A program made the position numbers and the translations under genes. Below, in pieces: positions 27,523 through 35,786 of a stretch of DNA of 64,000 nucleotides; the stretch's first letter is position 1, and each line of letters starts with the position of its first letter. The stretch covers positions 2,466 through 66,465 of the forward strand of contig BJGT01000005.1 in NCBI GenBank assembly GCA_014190675.1, in the 5' to 3' direction. This stretch comes from Comamonadaceae bacterium. Its GTDB lineage: Bacteria; Pseudomonadota; Gammaproteobacteria; Burkholderiales; Burkholderiaceae_C. A model generated the notes under the pieces. That model was not told the origin of the DNA. It saw only the letters and a list, made by a program, of their open reading frames with translations, and made no database searches.

Positions 27523-28894
27523 TGAAAAACTCCATGCCATAGCCATAACCCAATCCACTGCCCCTGACCGGTTCTGAGCTGCCGCCCGGCGCCTTGCCCC
27601 GCATCGTGTTGATCTTGATCATGCCGGCGCGCAAGGCGTGAATCGCGCGCAGCGCGCGCGGCGCCGAGCTGGTCATGACCATCGATGCCAGACCGAAATG
27701 CGATGCATTGGCCTGGGCAATGGCTTCATCGAAATCGTCAAAAGGGATGCAGGGTGCCACCGGGCCGAAGGTCTCTTCGGTCATCAAGCTGCAGATCGGA
27801 TCGAGCTGCGTCAAAACCGTGGGCGGGTAGAAAAACCCTGGGCCGGCCAGCGGCGCACCCCCGTGGTGCAAGGTCGCGCCCGCGTCGACGGCCTCCTGTA
27901 CCTGGCGTGACACCCGCTCCAGTTGACCGCGATCGGCCAGCGGCCCCATCTGGGTCGCAGCGTCCATCCCGTTGCCGACCCGAATGGCCCGCGCCTGGGC
28001 GGTCAGTGCAGCCAGGAACTCAGGAAATATTTTTCGCGCCACATACAGCCGCTCGATCGAGGTGCAGATCTGGCCCGAATTGGAAAAGGCGGCCTCAGCC
28101 GCGTACCGGGCCGCGGTCGGAATGTCGACGGTTTCGTCCACGATCAGGGCGTCCTTGCCCCCTAGCTCCAGGACCGCCTTTTTTAGGTGCTGACCGCAAA
28201 TACCCCCCAGATGACGCCCGGTCTGCTCGCTGCCCACGAACACCAGCAGGTCCACCTGCGGGTGCCGCACCAGGGCATCGCCCACTGTGGGTCCGTCGCC
28301 GAGGAGCAGGTTGATGGCACCTGGCGGCAGATGGCCAAATATTTTCTCGACGAGCAGCCGGGAGGTCAGCGGTGTCTTTTCGGAGGGCTTCCAGACCACG
28401 GTATTGCCCACGAGCAGGTTGGGGACCACGTTGTCCAGCCCGAGCGCCACAGGAAAATTCCAAGGCATCACGCAGGCGGCCACGCCGCGTGCGCAACGCT
28501 GCTGGAAGTTGAGCTCCAGGTCGGCCGCCATTTGCTGACCGCTGCGCAGATGGATCACCATTTCAGCCGACGCGCGCATGCCTTGAATGGCTTTGTTGAC
28601 CTCATTGGCAGCCTGCGACAAGGGCTTGCCCATTTCACGCGTCAGCAAATGTGCGACCTCGTCGCGCATTTGCGCCAATCGGTCAATGGCGGTGGAGATG
28701 AGTTGTTGCCGGTGCGTCGGCGACATCCCCGCCCAGCCCTCAAAGGCGCGACGGGCCGCGGCGACACAGGCGTGCACCACTTCGACCTGCCCGCCGGGGA
28801 TGGTGTCGATCCGTTCTTCTGTGGCCGGATTGAGGATGTCGATCGCTGGCCCGTTGCCAGGCACTGCCAGGTTGTCGATCCAGTGGGTTTGCAT
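27473..28894 (-). CDS. NAD(P)-dependent aldehyde dehydrogenase family protein
   Basis: Start at ATG comp(28892..28894) (MQTHWIDN) behind AAGGACGAGG. ELGGKDA and catalytic Cys block GQICTSIERLYV. Confidence 0.9.
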   Translation of the reverse strand: MQTHWIDNLAVPGNGPAIDILNPATEERIDTIPGGQVEVVHACVAAARRAFEGWAGMSPTHRQQLISTAIDRLAQMRDEVAHLLTREMGKPLSQAANEVNKAIQGMRASAEMVIHLRSGQQMAADLELNFQQRCARGVAACVMPWNFPVALGLDNVVPNLLVGNTVVWKPSEKTPLTSRLLVEKIFGHLPPGAINLLLGDGPTVGDALVRHPQVDLLVFVGSEQTGRHLGGICGQHLKKAVLELGGKDALIVDETVDIPTAARYAAEAAFSNSGQICTSIERLYVARKIFPEFLAALTAQARAIRVGNGMDAATQMGPLADRGQLERVSRQVQEAVDAGATLHHGGAPLAGPGFFYPPTVLTQLDPICSLMTEETFGPVAPCIPFDDFDEAIAQANASHFGLASMVMTSSAPRALRAIHALRAGMIKINTMRGKAPGGSSEPVRGSGLGYGYGMEFFNEITTQKSVYWRAVLG

Positions 28895-28929
28895 CAGGCC
28901 TCGTCCTTGAATGTTGGTGCCGGCATGGG

Positions 28930-29925
28930 CTAGCTCAGGGTGTCGCAAAAGCCGAAGAGTCCCGCCTGGCCGCCGGTATGAATGAACACCACGTTCTCGT
29001 CTTGCCGGAAGCGGCCTGTCCGGGCCCAGTCCATCAACCCGGCCATGGCCTTGCCTGAGTAGACCGGGTCGAGCAGGATGCCCTCCACACGGGCGACCTG
29101 TTGCACGGCGTCGACCATGGCCGCCGAGGGAATGCTGTAGCCCTCGCCGAGGTAGTCGGCGTTGACACGGACCGCTTGTGGCGGCAGCTCGGACGTGTGG
29201 CCGATGAATCTTGCCGTGGCGGCCGCCAGCGCTGCGACCCGCTGATGCTGAAGATGTTCAGCCTGGCTGACTGCGAAGCCTTGCACGGATGCCGTGCTGG
29301 CCTGAGCGGCCAGCCCCACTACCAAGCCCGCCTGGGTGCCGGCGCTTCCGCTGGCGACCACGACATGATCCAGGACAAAGTTTTTTTCCCGGGCTTGGAG
29401 CAACAACTCCTGCGCCGCCTTCACATAGCCCAGTGTTCCCACCGGGTTGGACCCTCCGCTGGGAATCAGATACGGCCGGCGCCCCTTGGCGCGCAGTTGA
29501 TCGCCCACCTGCTTCAGTGCGCCAGCCATGTCGGTGCCACCCGGGCGATAGACGATCTCAGCACCCAGCAATACATCGAGAAGGACATTGCCGTTATGCA
29601 AATAGGCGTAATCCGGATTCGGATGGCGATGTTCCAGGATGACGGTACAAGCCAGACCGAGGCGTGCAGCGGCGGCGGCAGTTTGTCGGACATGGTTGGA
29701 TTGAAGAGCACCCAGCGTGACCACATGGTCAGCGCCTTGCTGCAGGGCTTCGCCCAACAAGAATTCCAACTTGCGTGCCTTGTTGCCACCGAGCGCCATG
29801 CCAGTGCAGTCATCGCGCTTGATCCAAAGCTGTGGGCCACCCAGGTGCTGTGTCAGGCGAGGCATGAACTCCAGTGGCGTAGGGGCATGGCACAGGTCGA
29901 TGCGGGGGAAGCGGTCGAGGTTCAT
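28930..29925 (-). CDS. D-cysteine desulfhydrase / ACC deaminase family PLP-dependent enzyme
   Basis: 331 aa. N-terminus MNLDRFPRIDLCHAPTPLEFMPRLTQHLGGPQLWIKRDDCTGMALGGNKARKLEFLL contains the PLP-lysine block GGNK(A/T)RKLEFL of DcyD/AcdS. ATGA overlap with the sulfatase stop. Confidence 0.85.
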   Translation of the reverse strand: MNLDRFPRIDLCHAPTPLEFMPRLTQHLGGPQLWIKRDDCTGMALGGNKARKLEFLLGEALQQGADHVVTLGALQSNHVRQTAAAAARLGLACTVILEHRHPNPDYAYLHNGNVLLDVLLGAEIVYRPGGTDMAGALKQVGDQLRAKGRRPYLIPSGGSNPVGTLGYVKAAQELLLQAREKNFVLDHVVVASGSAGTQAGLVVGLAAQASTASVQGFAVSQAEHLQHQRVAALAAATARFIGHTSELPPQAVRVNADYLGEGYSIPSAAMVDAVQQVARVEGILLDPVYSGKAMAGLMDWARTGRFRQDENVVFIHTGGQAGLFGFCDTLS

Positions 29926-31421
29926 CGTGCAGCCCCCGACACAGCATCCAGGCTGGCCCAGGCTTCCTCAGCCGACACGCCGGGCGGTGGCGTAAAGGCA
30001 ATAAAAGCTTCTGCGCCCACGGCATGTTGACCGCCATAAGCTTCGGCCTTGGCCCGCTGCGCTGCTTTGGCCCGGTCGTCTTGCAACTGTGGGTCACAGA
30101 TGGACAAGAGTACTGGCATGAGGCGTCGCTCGATGGCGTCGCCTTGCGCAGTAGAGTGCAGGTCGTGCAGTTCGTCAGGGTCGGCATGCAGGTCAAAAGT
30201 CTGGGTGGGCATGCCGACGTGGACAATCATTTTTTCGTTCTTCTGACGCACCAAATAGGCCGCTGAGCGCGAGCCTTGCGCATGGTATTCGGCAAACACT
30301 GGACGCTCCAGGTCGTCCTGGCCCTGCGCTGCCGGCCACAGTGACACGCCAGGCAGGTCGGCATCAGACGGCTGCCGTTGCGCGCCCGTCATGTCAATGA
30401 GGGTCGGAAATAAATCTACATGCGAGACCAGTTGCTCGGAGACATGACCCGCTTGAATGCCGGGTCCCGCCAGGATCAGTGGAACCCCGACCGCGCCTTC
30501 GAACAGCGATCGTTTGCCGAACAAGCCTTGCGCACCAAACAATTCGCCGTGGTCGCTGGTGTAGACCATACGGGTGGCGTCGAATATTTGAAGGGACTTG
30601 ATCTGCTGCACCACGATGCCAATCTGCTCGTCCATGTGCGTGATCAAGCCAAAATAACTCGCTGCAATGCGCTGCAGTACAGCGCGGTCAAGTTGAGGGG
30701 GCATGCCGTCGAGTTGGCGCGCGAACTCGACCGATGGATGAAATGCGGTGGCCTCCATTTCAGGCGGTACAGGCATGTCTTTTTGGGGGTACATGTCTAA
30801 AAAACGTTTGGCCACGGTAAAGGGCGGGTGGGGGCTGATGTAAGAGACGATGAGTACCGACGTTTTATTTTCTGTGGGCTTATGCTCACGCAGCCAGGCC
30901 ACAGCTTGCTCGGTAATTTGACGGTCGTAGTCTTGGTAATGGGTGTCGCCTTCCTTGGACAGATCGTCATACAGGCCCATCATCACGCCGGGCTCTTTGG
31001 GTTTTTGTGCGTCGAAGCCGCGCAACAGACCCTTGAGAGCGCCTTTGCCTTCATGCAAGTGCATGGGCAAAATTTCTTTGGTGAATCCGTTGTCGTCGTC
31101 GCCGCTGCGGTAGTGCAATTTGCCGATGGCTGTAACGTGGTGCCCTTGCTCGCGCAGGCGATGCATCCAGCTGGGAATCGCGCCGTCATAGGCCATGACG
31201 TTGTCCCAATAGCCGGTCTGGTGCGGATAACGGCCAGTCGCCATGGCCGCGCGTGCGGGGCAGCACAACGGGCTGGTGCTGTAGGCGTTGGCGAAGCGCG
31301 TACCGCGCTTGGCGATGGCGTCGATATGCGGCGTTTGCACCACCGAGTGCCCATAGCAGCCTAGCACCGACCGGTTGTGGTTGTCGGCGACGAAGATCAC
31401 CAGGCGTTGTGGTGCGGGCAT
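29922..31421 (-). CDS. sulfatase (Cys-type, type I sulfatase family)
   Basis: Start at ATG comp(31419..31421) (MPAPQRLVIFVADNH) behind a GGAG RBS. Signature SPLCCPARAAMATGRYPH (CxPxR). 499 aa. Confidence 0.85.
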   Translation of the reverse strand: MPAPQRLVIFVADNHNRSVLGCYGHSVVQTPHIDAIAKRGTRFANAYSTSPLCCPARAAMATGRYPHQTGYWDNVMAYDGAIPSWMHRLREQGHHVTAIGKLHYRSGDDDNGFTKEILPMHLHEGKGALKGLLRGFDAQKPKEPGVMMGLYDDLSKEGDTHYQDYDRQITEQAVAWLREHKPTENKTSVLIVSYISPHPPFTVAKRFLDMYPQKDMPVPPEMEATAFHPSVEFARQLDGMPPQLDRAVLQRIAASYFGLITHMDEQIGIVVQQIKSLQIFDATRMVYTSDHGELFGAQGLFGKRSLFEGAVGVPLILAGPGIQAGHVSEQLVSHVDLFPTLIDMTGAQRQPSDADLPGVSLWPAAQGQDDLERPVFAEYHAQGSRSAAYLVRQKNEKMIVHVGMPTQTFDLHADPDELHDLHSTAQGDAIERRLMPVLLSICDPQLQDDRAKAAQRAKAEAYGGQHAVGAEAFIAFTPPPGVSAEEAWASLDAVSGAAR

Positions 31422-31455
31422 TGGGGACTCCTGAAGAAAGGGGTTGACATAATTA

Positions 31456-31471
31456 TGCTGGTAAACCAGCA
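31456..31471. promoter_or_regulatory. 16-bp palindrome TGCTGGT-AA-ACCAGCA; candidate GntR/HutC operator
   Basis: Perfect 7-bp inverted arms around a central AA, read directly from the sequence. It lies in the 77-bp divergent region between the sulfatase operon (start 31421) and the HutC-type regulator (start 31499). A TTGACA hexamer sits at 31444-31449. It contains the GT..AC core typical of GntR-family operators. Confidence 0.5.
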
Positions 31472-31498
31472 AACCATCGTATATCAGGCAGTTATATC

Positions 31499-32296
31499 AT
31501 GCGTGGTGTTTCACCTTGCTTGCCGCAGCAAAGCCAATTTCACGTGCCTTCCTCCTCCCCCGCTGCGCACAGCAAGTCGCCGCTCTACCACAGCATTGCC
31601 GGTGCCCTCCGGTCTTTGATTGCTTGCGGCGAGTTAAAAGCGGGGGCCCAATTGCCTACGATCGCCGCGATGGCCAAGCGCTATAACGTCGCGCCCGTGA
31701 CCGTGCGGGAAGCATTTCGGCTGCTGACTCAGGAGGGCTTGATTCGTGCACGCCGCGGGAGTGGCACATTTGTCAACGAGACACCGTTGCGTCTGACGTC
31801 GCCTGTCACCGAAGCGGGGTGGCCACAGTTGCCGCAGAACCTGCGTGAGCACCGAGGGCGAATCCTTGAGGCGGATGACGCCACGCCACCCTTGTTGCCA
31901 CATGAAGGCACACCGGCGGCAGCGTATCGGCGGATGCGCCGCGTGCATCTGGATGAGCGATCCGAACCGTTTCGGGTGGTGGAACTCTTTGTGGCCCGTC
32001 ACTACTACGACCAAGCGCCCCGACGGTTCGACCAGGAGATGGCTTTGGTGGTGCTGGAGGAGTTGGATGCGGTGCACCTGGTGGAAATGCGCCAAAACTT
32101 TACCTTGACCATCGCCGACGCCGATGTGGCGGCGCATCTGGGTCTACGAGCTGGCGAGCCCTTGGGTCGGCTCCGTCGATCACTGGTTGATCCGCAAGGT
32201 GTGGTGGTGTATTTTTCGATTGCACTGATTCGTTCAGATCGGATTTCGCTGGCCTGGTCGATGCGTCGGTCCGTGCCGGCAAATCCCCCTGCCTAA
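31499..32296 (+). CDS. GntR family transcriptional regulator, HutC subfamily (UTRA effector domain)
   Basis: wHTH block LPTIAAMAKRYNVAPVTVREAFRLLTQEGLIRARRGSGTFV followed by a ~150-aa UTRA-like C-terminal domain. Confidence 0.85.
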   Translation: MRGVSPCLPQQSQFHVPSSSPAAHSKSPLYHSIAGALRSLIACGELKAGAQLPTIAAMAKRYNVAPVTVREAFRLLTQEGLIRARRGSGTFVNETPLRLTSPVTEAGWPQLPQNLREHRGRILEADDATPPLLPHEGTPAAAYRRMRRVHLDERSEPFRVVELFVARHYYDQAPRRFDQEMALVVLEELDAVHLVEMRQNFTLTIADADVAAHLGLRAGEPLGRLRRSLVDPQGVVVYFSIALIRSDRISLAWSMRRSVPANPPA

Positions 32297-32467
32297 GCAT
32301 TGTTGTTGCCCGTCTGGTCAAAAAACCCGTCCGAGCCAATTCTCAGAAAAACACAACCCTGCTGACAGGCACCGCCGCCGCCGCGCCCAGCAGTGAATTC
32401 AAGGTCATCACTCTGGGTCTCAGGAAATCGGCAGGTTGGGTCGATTTGATGGGCGCATCGACACCGG

Positions 32468-33235
32468 TCAACAGCCATACCCCGGCAGTTCCCGATCAAG
32501 CACCCGCATCATGGCTTCAAAAAACAGCCGTTCACGTTCGGCGCGCGAATGGCTATCCTGCGGGTTAGGGGCTTGCACGCGCGCGACCACTTCATCGCTG
32601 AGCACTGACAAGGGCTTGCCGGTACCCATTGCCAGCACCTGCCCGCGACAGACGCGTTCAAGCCGGTAGAGCCGCCGATAGGCCTGCGCGATGTTGTCAC
32701 CAACCACCAGCACACCGTGGTTCTTCATGAACAGGATGTGCTTGTCGCTGATCAGGCGTGCCAGGCGTTCGCCCTCTTCGAGCGAATCAGCCAGGCCGGT
32801 GTAGTCATCGTCATAGGCAATATGGCCATGAAAAAAAGCAGCGGTCTGCGTGATGGGCAGCAACCGGTTGTCCTGCAGCATATTGAGTGCCGTGGCCCAG
32901 GTCTGGTGGGTGTGCATCACCACCCGTGCGCCGGTGATGCGATGAATTGGCGCATGGATACACCGGGCCGACAGCTCTACAGCGCCTTGGCCGGACAGCG
33001 TCTGCCCCGCTTCATTGAAGACCATCAAATCGCTGGCAAGAGCTTCGGACCAATGTCGCCCAAACGGCAAGATCAGGAACCTGTCTTCGTGGTCTGGCAA
33101 GGTGACGGTGAAATGGTTGTCGATGCCCTCCTCCAGCTCATGCAACGCGGCAAGCCGGTGGGCGGCGGACAAGTGGACCCGGGCCTGGGCGATGGCGTCT
33201 TGCGAAGTCGGTGCCTGGATCGGGTGAACGGACAT
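32468..33235 (-). CDS. class II aldolase/adducin family protein
   Basis: 255 aa with metal-ligand histidine blocks (VVMHTHQTW, FMKNHGVLVVG) typical of class II aldolase/adducin-head domain proteins. Confidence 0.7.
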   Translation of the reverse strand: MSVHPIQAPTSQDAIAQARVHLSAAHRLAALHELEEGIDNHFTVTLPDHEDRFLILPFGRHWSEALASDLMVFNEAGQTLSGQGAVELSARCIHAPIHRITGARVVMHTHQTWATALNMLQDNRLLPITQTAAFFHGHIAYDDDYTGLADSLEEGERLARLISDKHILFMKNHGVLVVGDNIAQAYRRLYRLERVCRGQVLAMGTGKPLSVLSDEVVARVQAPNPQDSHSRAERERLFFEAMMRVLDRELPGYGC

Positions 33236-33599
33236 GAAGAAACTCGTCAGATGAAAGGGCGGCAGCCGGGCGATGCTGCAACTGGTGCTTGATTATGACC
33301 ACCTTGTACCGGGCCGGCCGCGCGGCCAAAATATTCATCTGCGCCAATTACCAAAGCAATGCCAACGGTTTGACTGACCACCTTCACGCAGCAGCACCTC
33401 GGCGTGAATCTCCCGCTGGGCCATTGCAGCCTGTGGCTCGGGTGGCATGCACACCAACTTGCGGGATGGGAATAGAATTAAAAAACGGGGGCAGCGCCGA
33501 CCCACCGGTAAAAACCTGAGTGCAGCTTAAGCGGATATCAAGTTTTTCTAACTCATGGGAGCCGCTTCAGACTATCAAGATTACTTGTAAGGAAATTTC

Positions 33600-34565
33600 A
33601 TGAAGTTAACATTAAGACTTATAGCCGTGATTGCGTTATTGCTCGCTGGGCCGCTGGCCTTTGCGCAGGCTTGGCCCACGAAGCCTATCCGGATCATTAA
33701 CCCGTTTCCGGCTGGGGGTGGGACAGATACCTTTGCAAGGCCGCTTGCAGCGAAATTAACGCAGAGTCTTGGGCAAACGGTCATCATTGAAAATCAAGGC
33801 GGTGCCGGCGGCACCGTTGGAGCCGCGAACGCTGCGCGTACAAACCCAGATGGGTACACTTTTTTGATGGGTGCGATCCACCATACGATTGCCGAAAGCC
33901 TTTACCCAAAGCTAAGCTACAACATCGAGAAGGACTTTATACCGATCACTATGGTGGCACAAGTGCCACAGGTGATGGTCGTGCACCCGAAGCATCCGTT
34001 TAGAACTTTAAAGGAGCTGATTGATTACGCGAAGGCCAATCCCGGTAAGCTCAATTTCGGATCTCCAGGTGCTGGTACCTCGCATCACTTGGCGATGGAG
34101 CTTTTCATGAGAGTTACAGGTACAAACTTTGTCCATGTGCCATATCGAGGGGCGGGTCCGATGATGCAGGATTTTCTGGCTGGCCAAATTGACCTGGTAT
34201 TTGACGGCATGGGAACTTCGTCGACCCAAATTAAAGCTGGCAAATTACGCGGCCTGGCGATTGCAACAGCAACCCGAGCTCCAAGCTTTCCTGACTTGCC
34301 CACCATGGAGGAGTCAGGTGTAGCAGGAATGGTTATAAATACTTGGTACGCGCTTTGGGCAGTAAAGGACACACCAAGGGAATTGGTTGACAGAATGCAA
34401 CAGGAAAGTGCGAAGGCAATGAACTTGCCAGACATGAAAGAAATCTGGGCTTCCCAGCTCGCGGAGTCTGGCGGGAATACCTCAGAACAATTCAAAGCCT
34501 TCGTTCGAAGTGAAGTCATTCGCTGGAGTAAAGTGGTCAAGGATGCAAACGTAGTTCTCAACTGA
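33600..34565 (+). CDS. Bug/TctC family substrate-binding protein (compositionally atypical)
   Basis: 321 aa with signal peptide MKLTLRLIAVIALLLAGPLAFAQ, then AWPTKPIRIINPFPAGGGTD and HVPYRG motifs. Visibly lower GC and A/T-rich third positions compared with the neighbours. Confidence 0.9.
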   Translation: MKLTLRLIAVIALLLAGPLAFAQAWPTKPIRIINPFPAGGGTDTFARPLAAKLTQSLGQTVIIENQGGAGGTVGAANAARTNPDGYTFLMGAIHHTIAESLYPKLSYNIEKDFIPITMVAQVPQVMVVHPKHPFRTLKELIDYAKANPGKLNFGSPGAGTSHHLAMELFMRVTGTNFVHVPYRGAGPMMQDFLAGQIDLVFDGMGTSSTQIKAGKLRGLAIATATRAPSFPDLPTMEESGVAGMVINTWYALWAVKDTPRELVDRMQQESAKAMNLPDMKEIWASQLAESGGNTSEQFKAFVRSEVIRWSKVVKDANVVLN

Positions 34566-34609
34566 TTACCGCCGGCATAGCATCAAGACGAGCATGACCG
34601 GCCCACTCT

Positions 34610-35380
34610 TTGACCCTGCCCGCCTGGGCCCGCCGCCCGCCGCCCGGCGCCCGAGTGGCGGTGGTGGGCGGTTGCGGCGGTATGGGCCGCCAATTGGTGA
34701 GGGCTCTTCTGCAAACGGGTGTGTCGGTGGCCGTGCTGGACTTGTCCAGTTCCATGGCACAGAACCCGCCGCCATCTCAGGTGCTGGCTATCGCTATGGA
34801 CGGCAGTGACGAGGCTAGCGTAGCAGCCGCCTTTGACATCCTTGGCCAGCACTGGCCAGCGCTGGACGGCTTTGTCAATCTGGCCGGGTTTTTTAAAGGC
34901 TGGCAACCGATCGCCGAGTTGTCAGTAGCGGTTTTTGACGAGATCATCGCTGGCAACCTGCGTTGTCATTTTCTTTGTGCCCGAGCCGCCCTCCCTCTGC
35001 TGCACCGCTCCGGCAACGGGGCGATGGTGAGCGTCGCCTCGACCATGGCGGTCGATGTCGTCAAGGGCTACACACATTACGGGGCAGCCAAGGCTGGTGT
35101 CGTTGCGCTGACCAAGGGTCTGGCGCGCGAAAATGCGCCGCAGGTTCGCGTCAACGCCGTCGCACCAGGTCTGACCAACACCGCCTTTCTGACAGGTGGC
35201 ACCGGCCGCGAACAGATCTTCGACGGTGTCGATGCAGACAAGTACGGCAAGCGTGTGCCGATGAAGCGCATGGCTGAACCACAAGACATGACCGGCCCCA
35301 TCCTGTTCTTGCTGGGCCCAGCCGCCGCGTTCATTAACGGTGAAATGCTCATCGTAGATGGCGGCGTCTACACCCAGTAA
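34610..35380 (+). CDS. SDR family oxidoreductase
   Basis: VAVVGGCGGMGRQL nucleotide motif and S...YGAAK catalytic residues. The 5' end is uncertain: TTG 34610 or GTG ~34655, or an ATG at 34594 in another frame upstream of a CCG-rich tract. Confidence 0.8.
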   Translation: MTLPAWARRPPPGARVAVVGGCGGMGRQLVRALLQTGVSVAVLDLSSSMAQNPPPSQVLAIAMDGSDEASVAAAFDILGQHWPALDGFVNLAGFFKGWQPIAELSVAVFDEIIAGNLRCHFLCARAALPLLHRSGNGAMVSVASTMAVDVVKGYTHYGAAKAGVVALTKGLARENAPQVRVNAVAPGLTNTAFLTGGTGREQIFDGVDADKYGKRVPMKRMAEPQDMTGPILFLLGPAAAFINGEMLIVDGGVYTQ

Positions 35381-35459
35381 ATGGGCCGGTTCTGGCGCGT
35401 ACGCAGAGTAGGGCCGAGAAAGCCGCCTCTCGGCGATCCTGCTACACGATGTTTTTCAG

Positions 35460-35675
35460 GTGCTTGTTTTGGAATATCAAGATGTCAATTCAACCGTTCT
35501 TCTGGCCATGCTGCTGCTGGCAACCCTGGCCGCGCAAGCCCAAAACTACCCCGCACGCCCGGTGAAAGTGGTGGTGCCTTTTTCTGCGGGCAGTCCGGCG
35601 GACAACTATGCGCGCTTGCTGAGCGACGATGCGCACGCAGAAATGCGGCGCGACAGCGGCTTCTTACCTTTTTAA
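35460..35675 (+). pseudogene. N-terminal remnant of a Bug/TctC gene
   Basis: 71-aa ORF: a leader plus AQNYPARPVKVVVPFSAGSPADNYARLLSD, then unrelated sequence and a stop. About 260 aa of a normal Bug protein are missing. Confidence 0.6.
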
Positions 35676-35786
35676 GCGAGCGCCATCGGACCTTGCGGCT
35701 TAGCCCTGCGCAGGAATGACGGGGATCGGGCCCCATAGCTCAGGGATTCAGTCTTGCCCCGTTAACACCCCAGCCCAGCCCCAACA

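Noticed and set aside
35721-35770. tRNA-like string GGGCCCCATAGCTCAGGGATTCAG downstream of the Bug stub
   Set aside because: Only the ATAGCTCAG D-loop-like nonamer matches. No anticodon arm, no T-arm (GGTTCGAATCC-like) and no acceptor pairing can be drawn. It may at most be a tRNA 5' fragment, which I cannot support.
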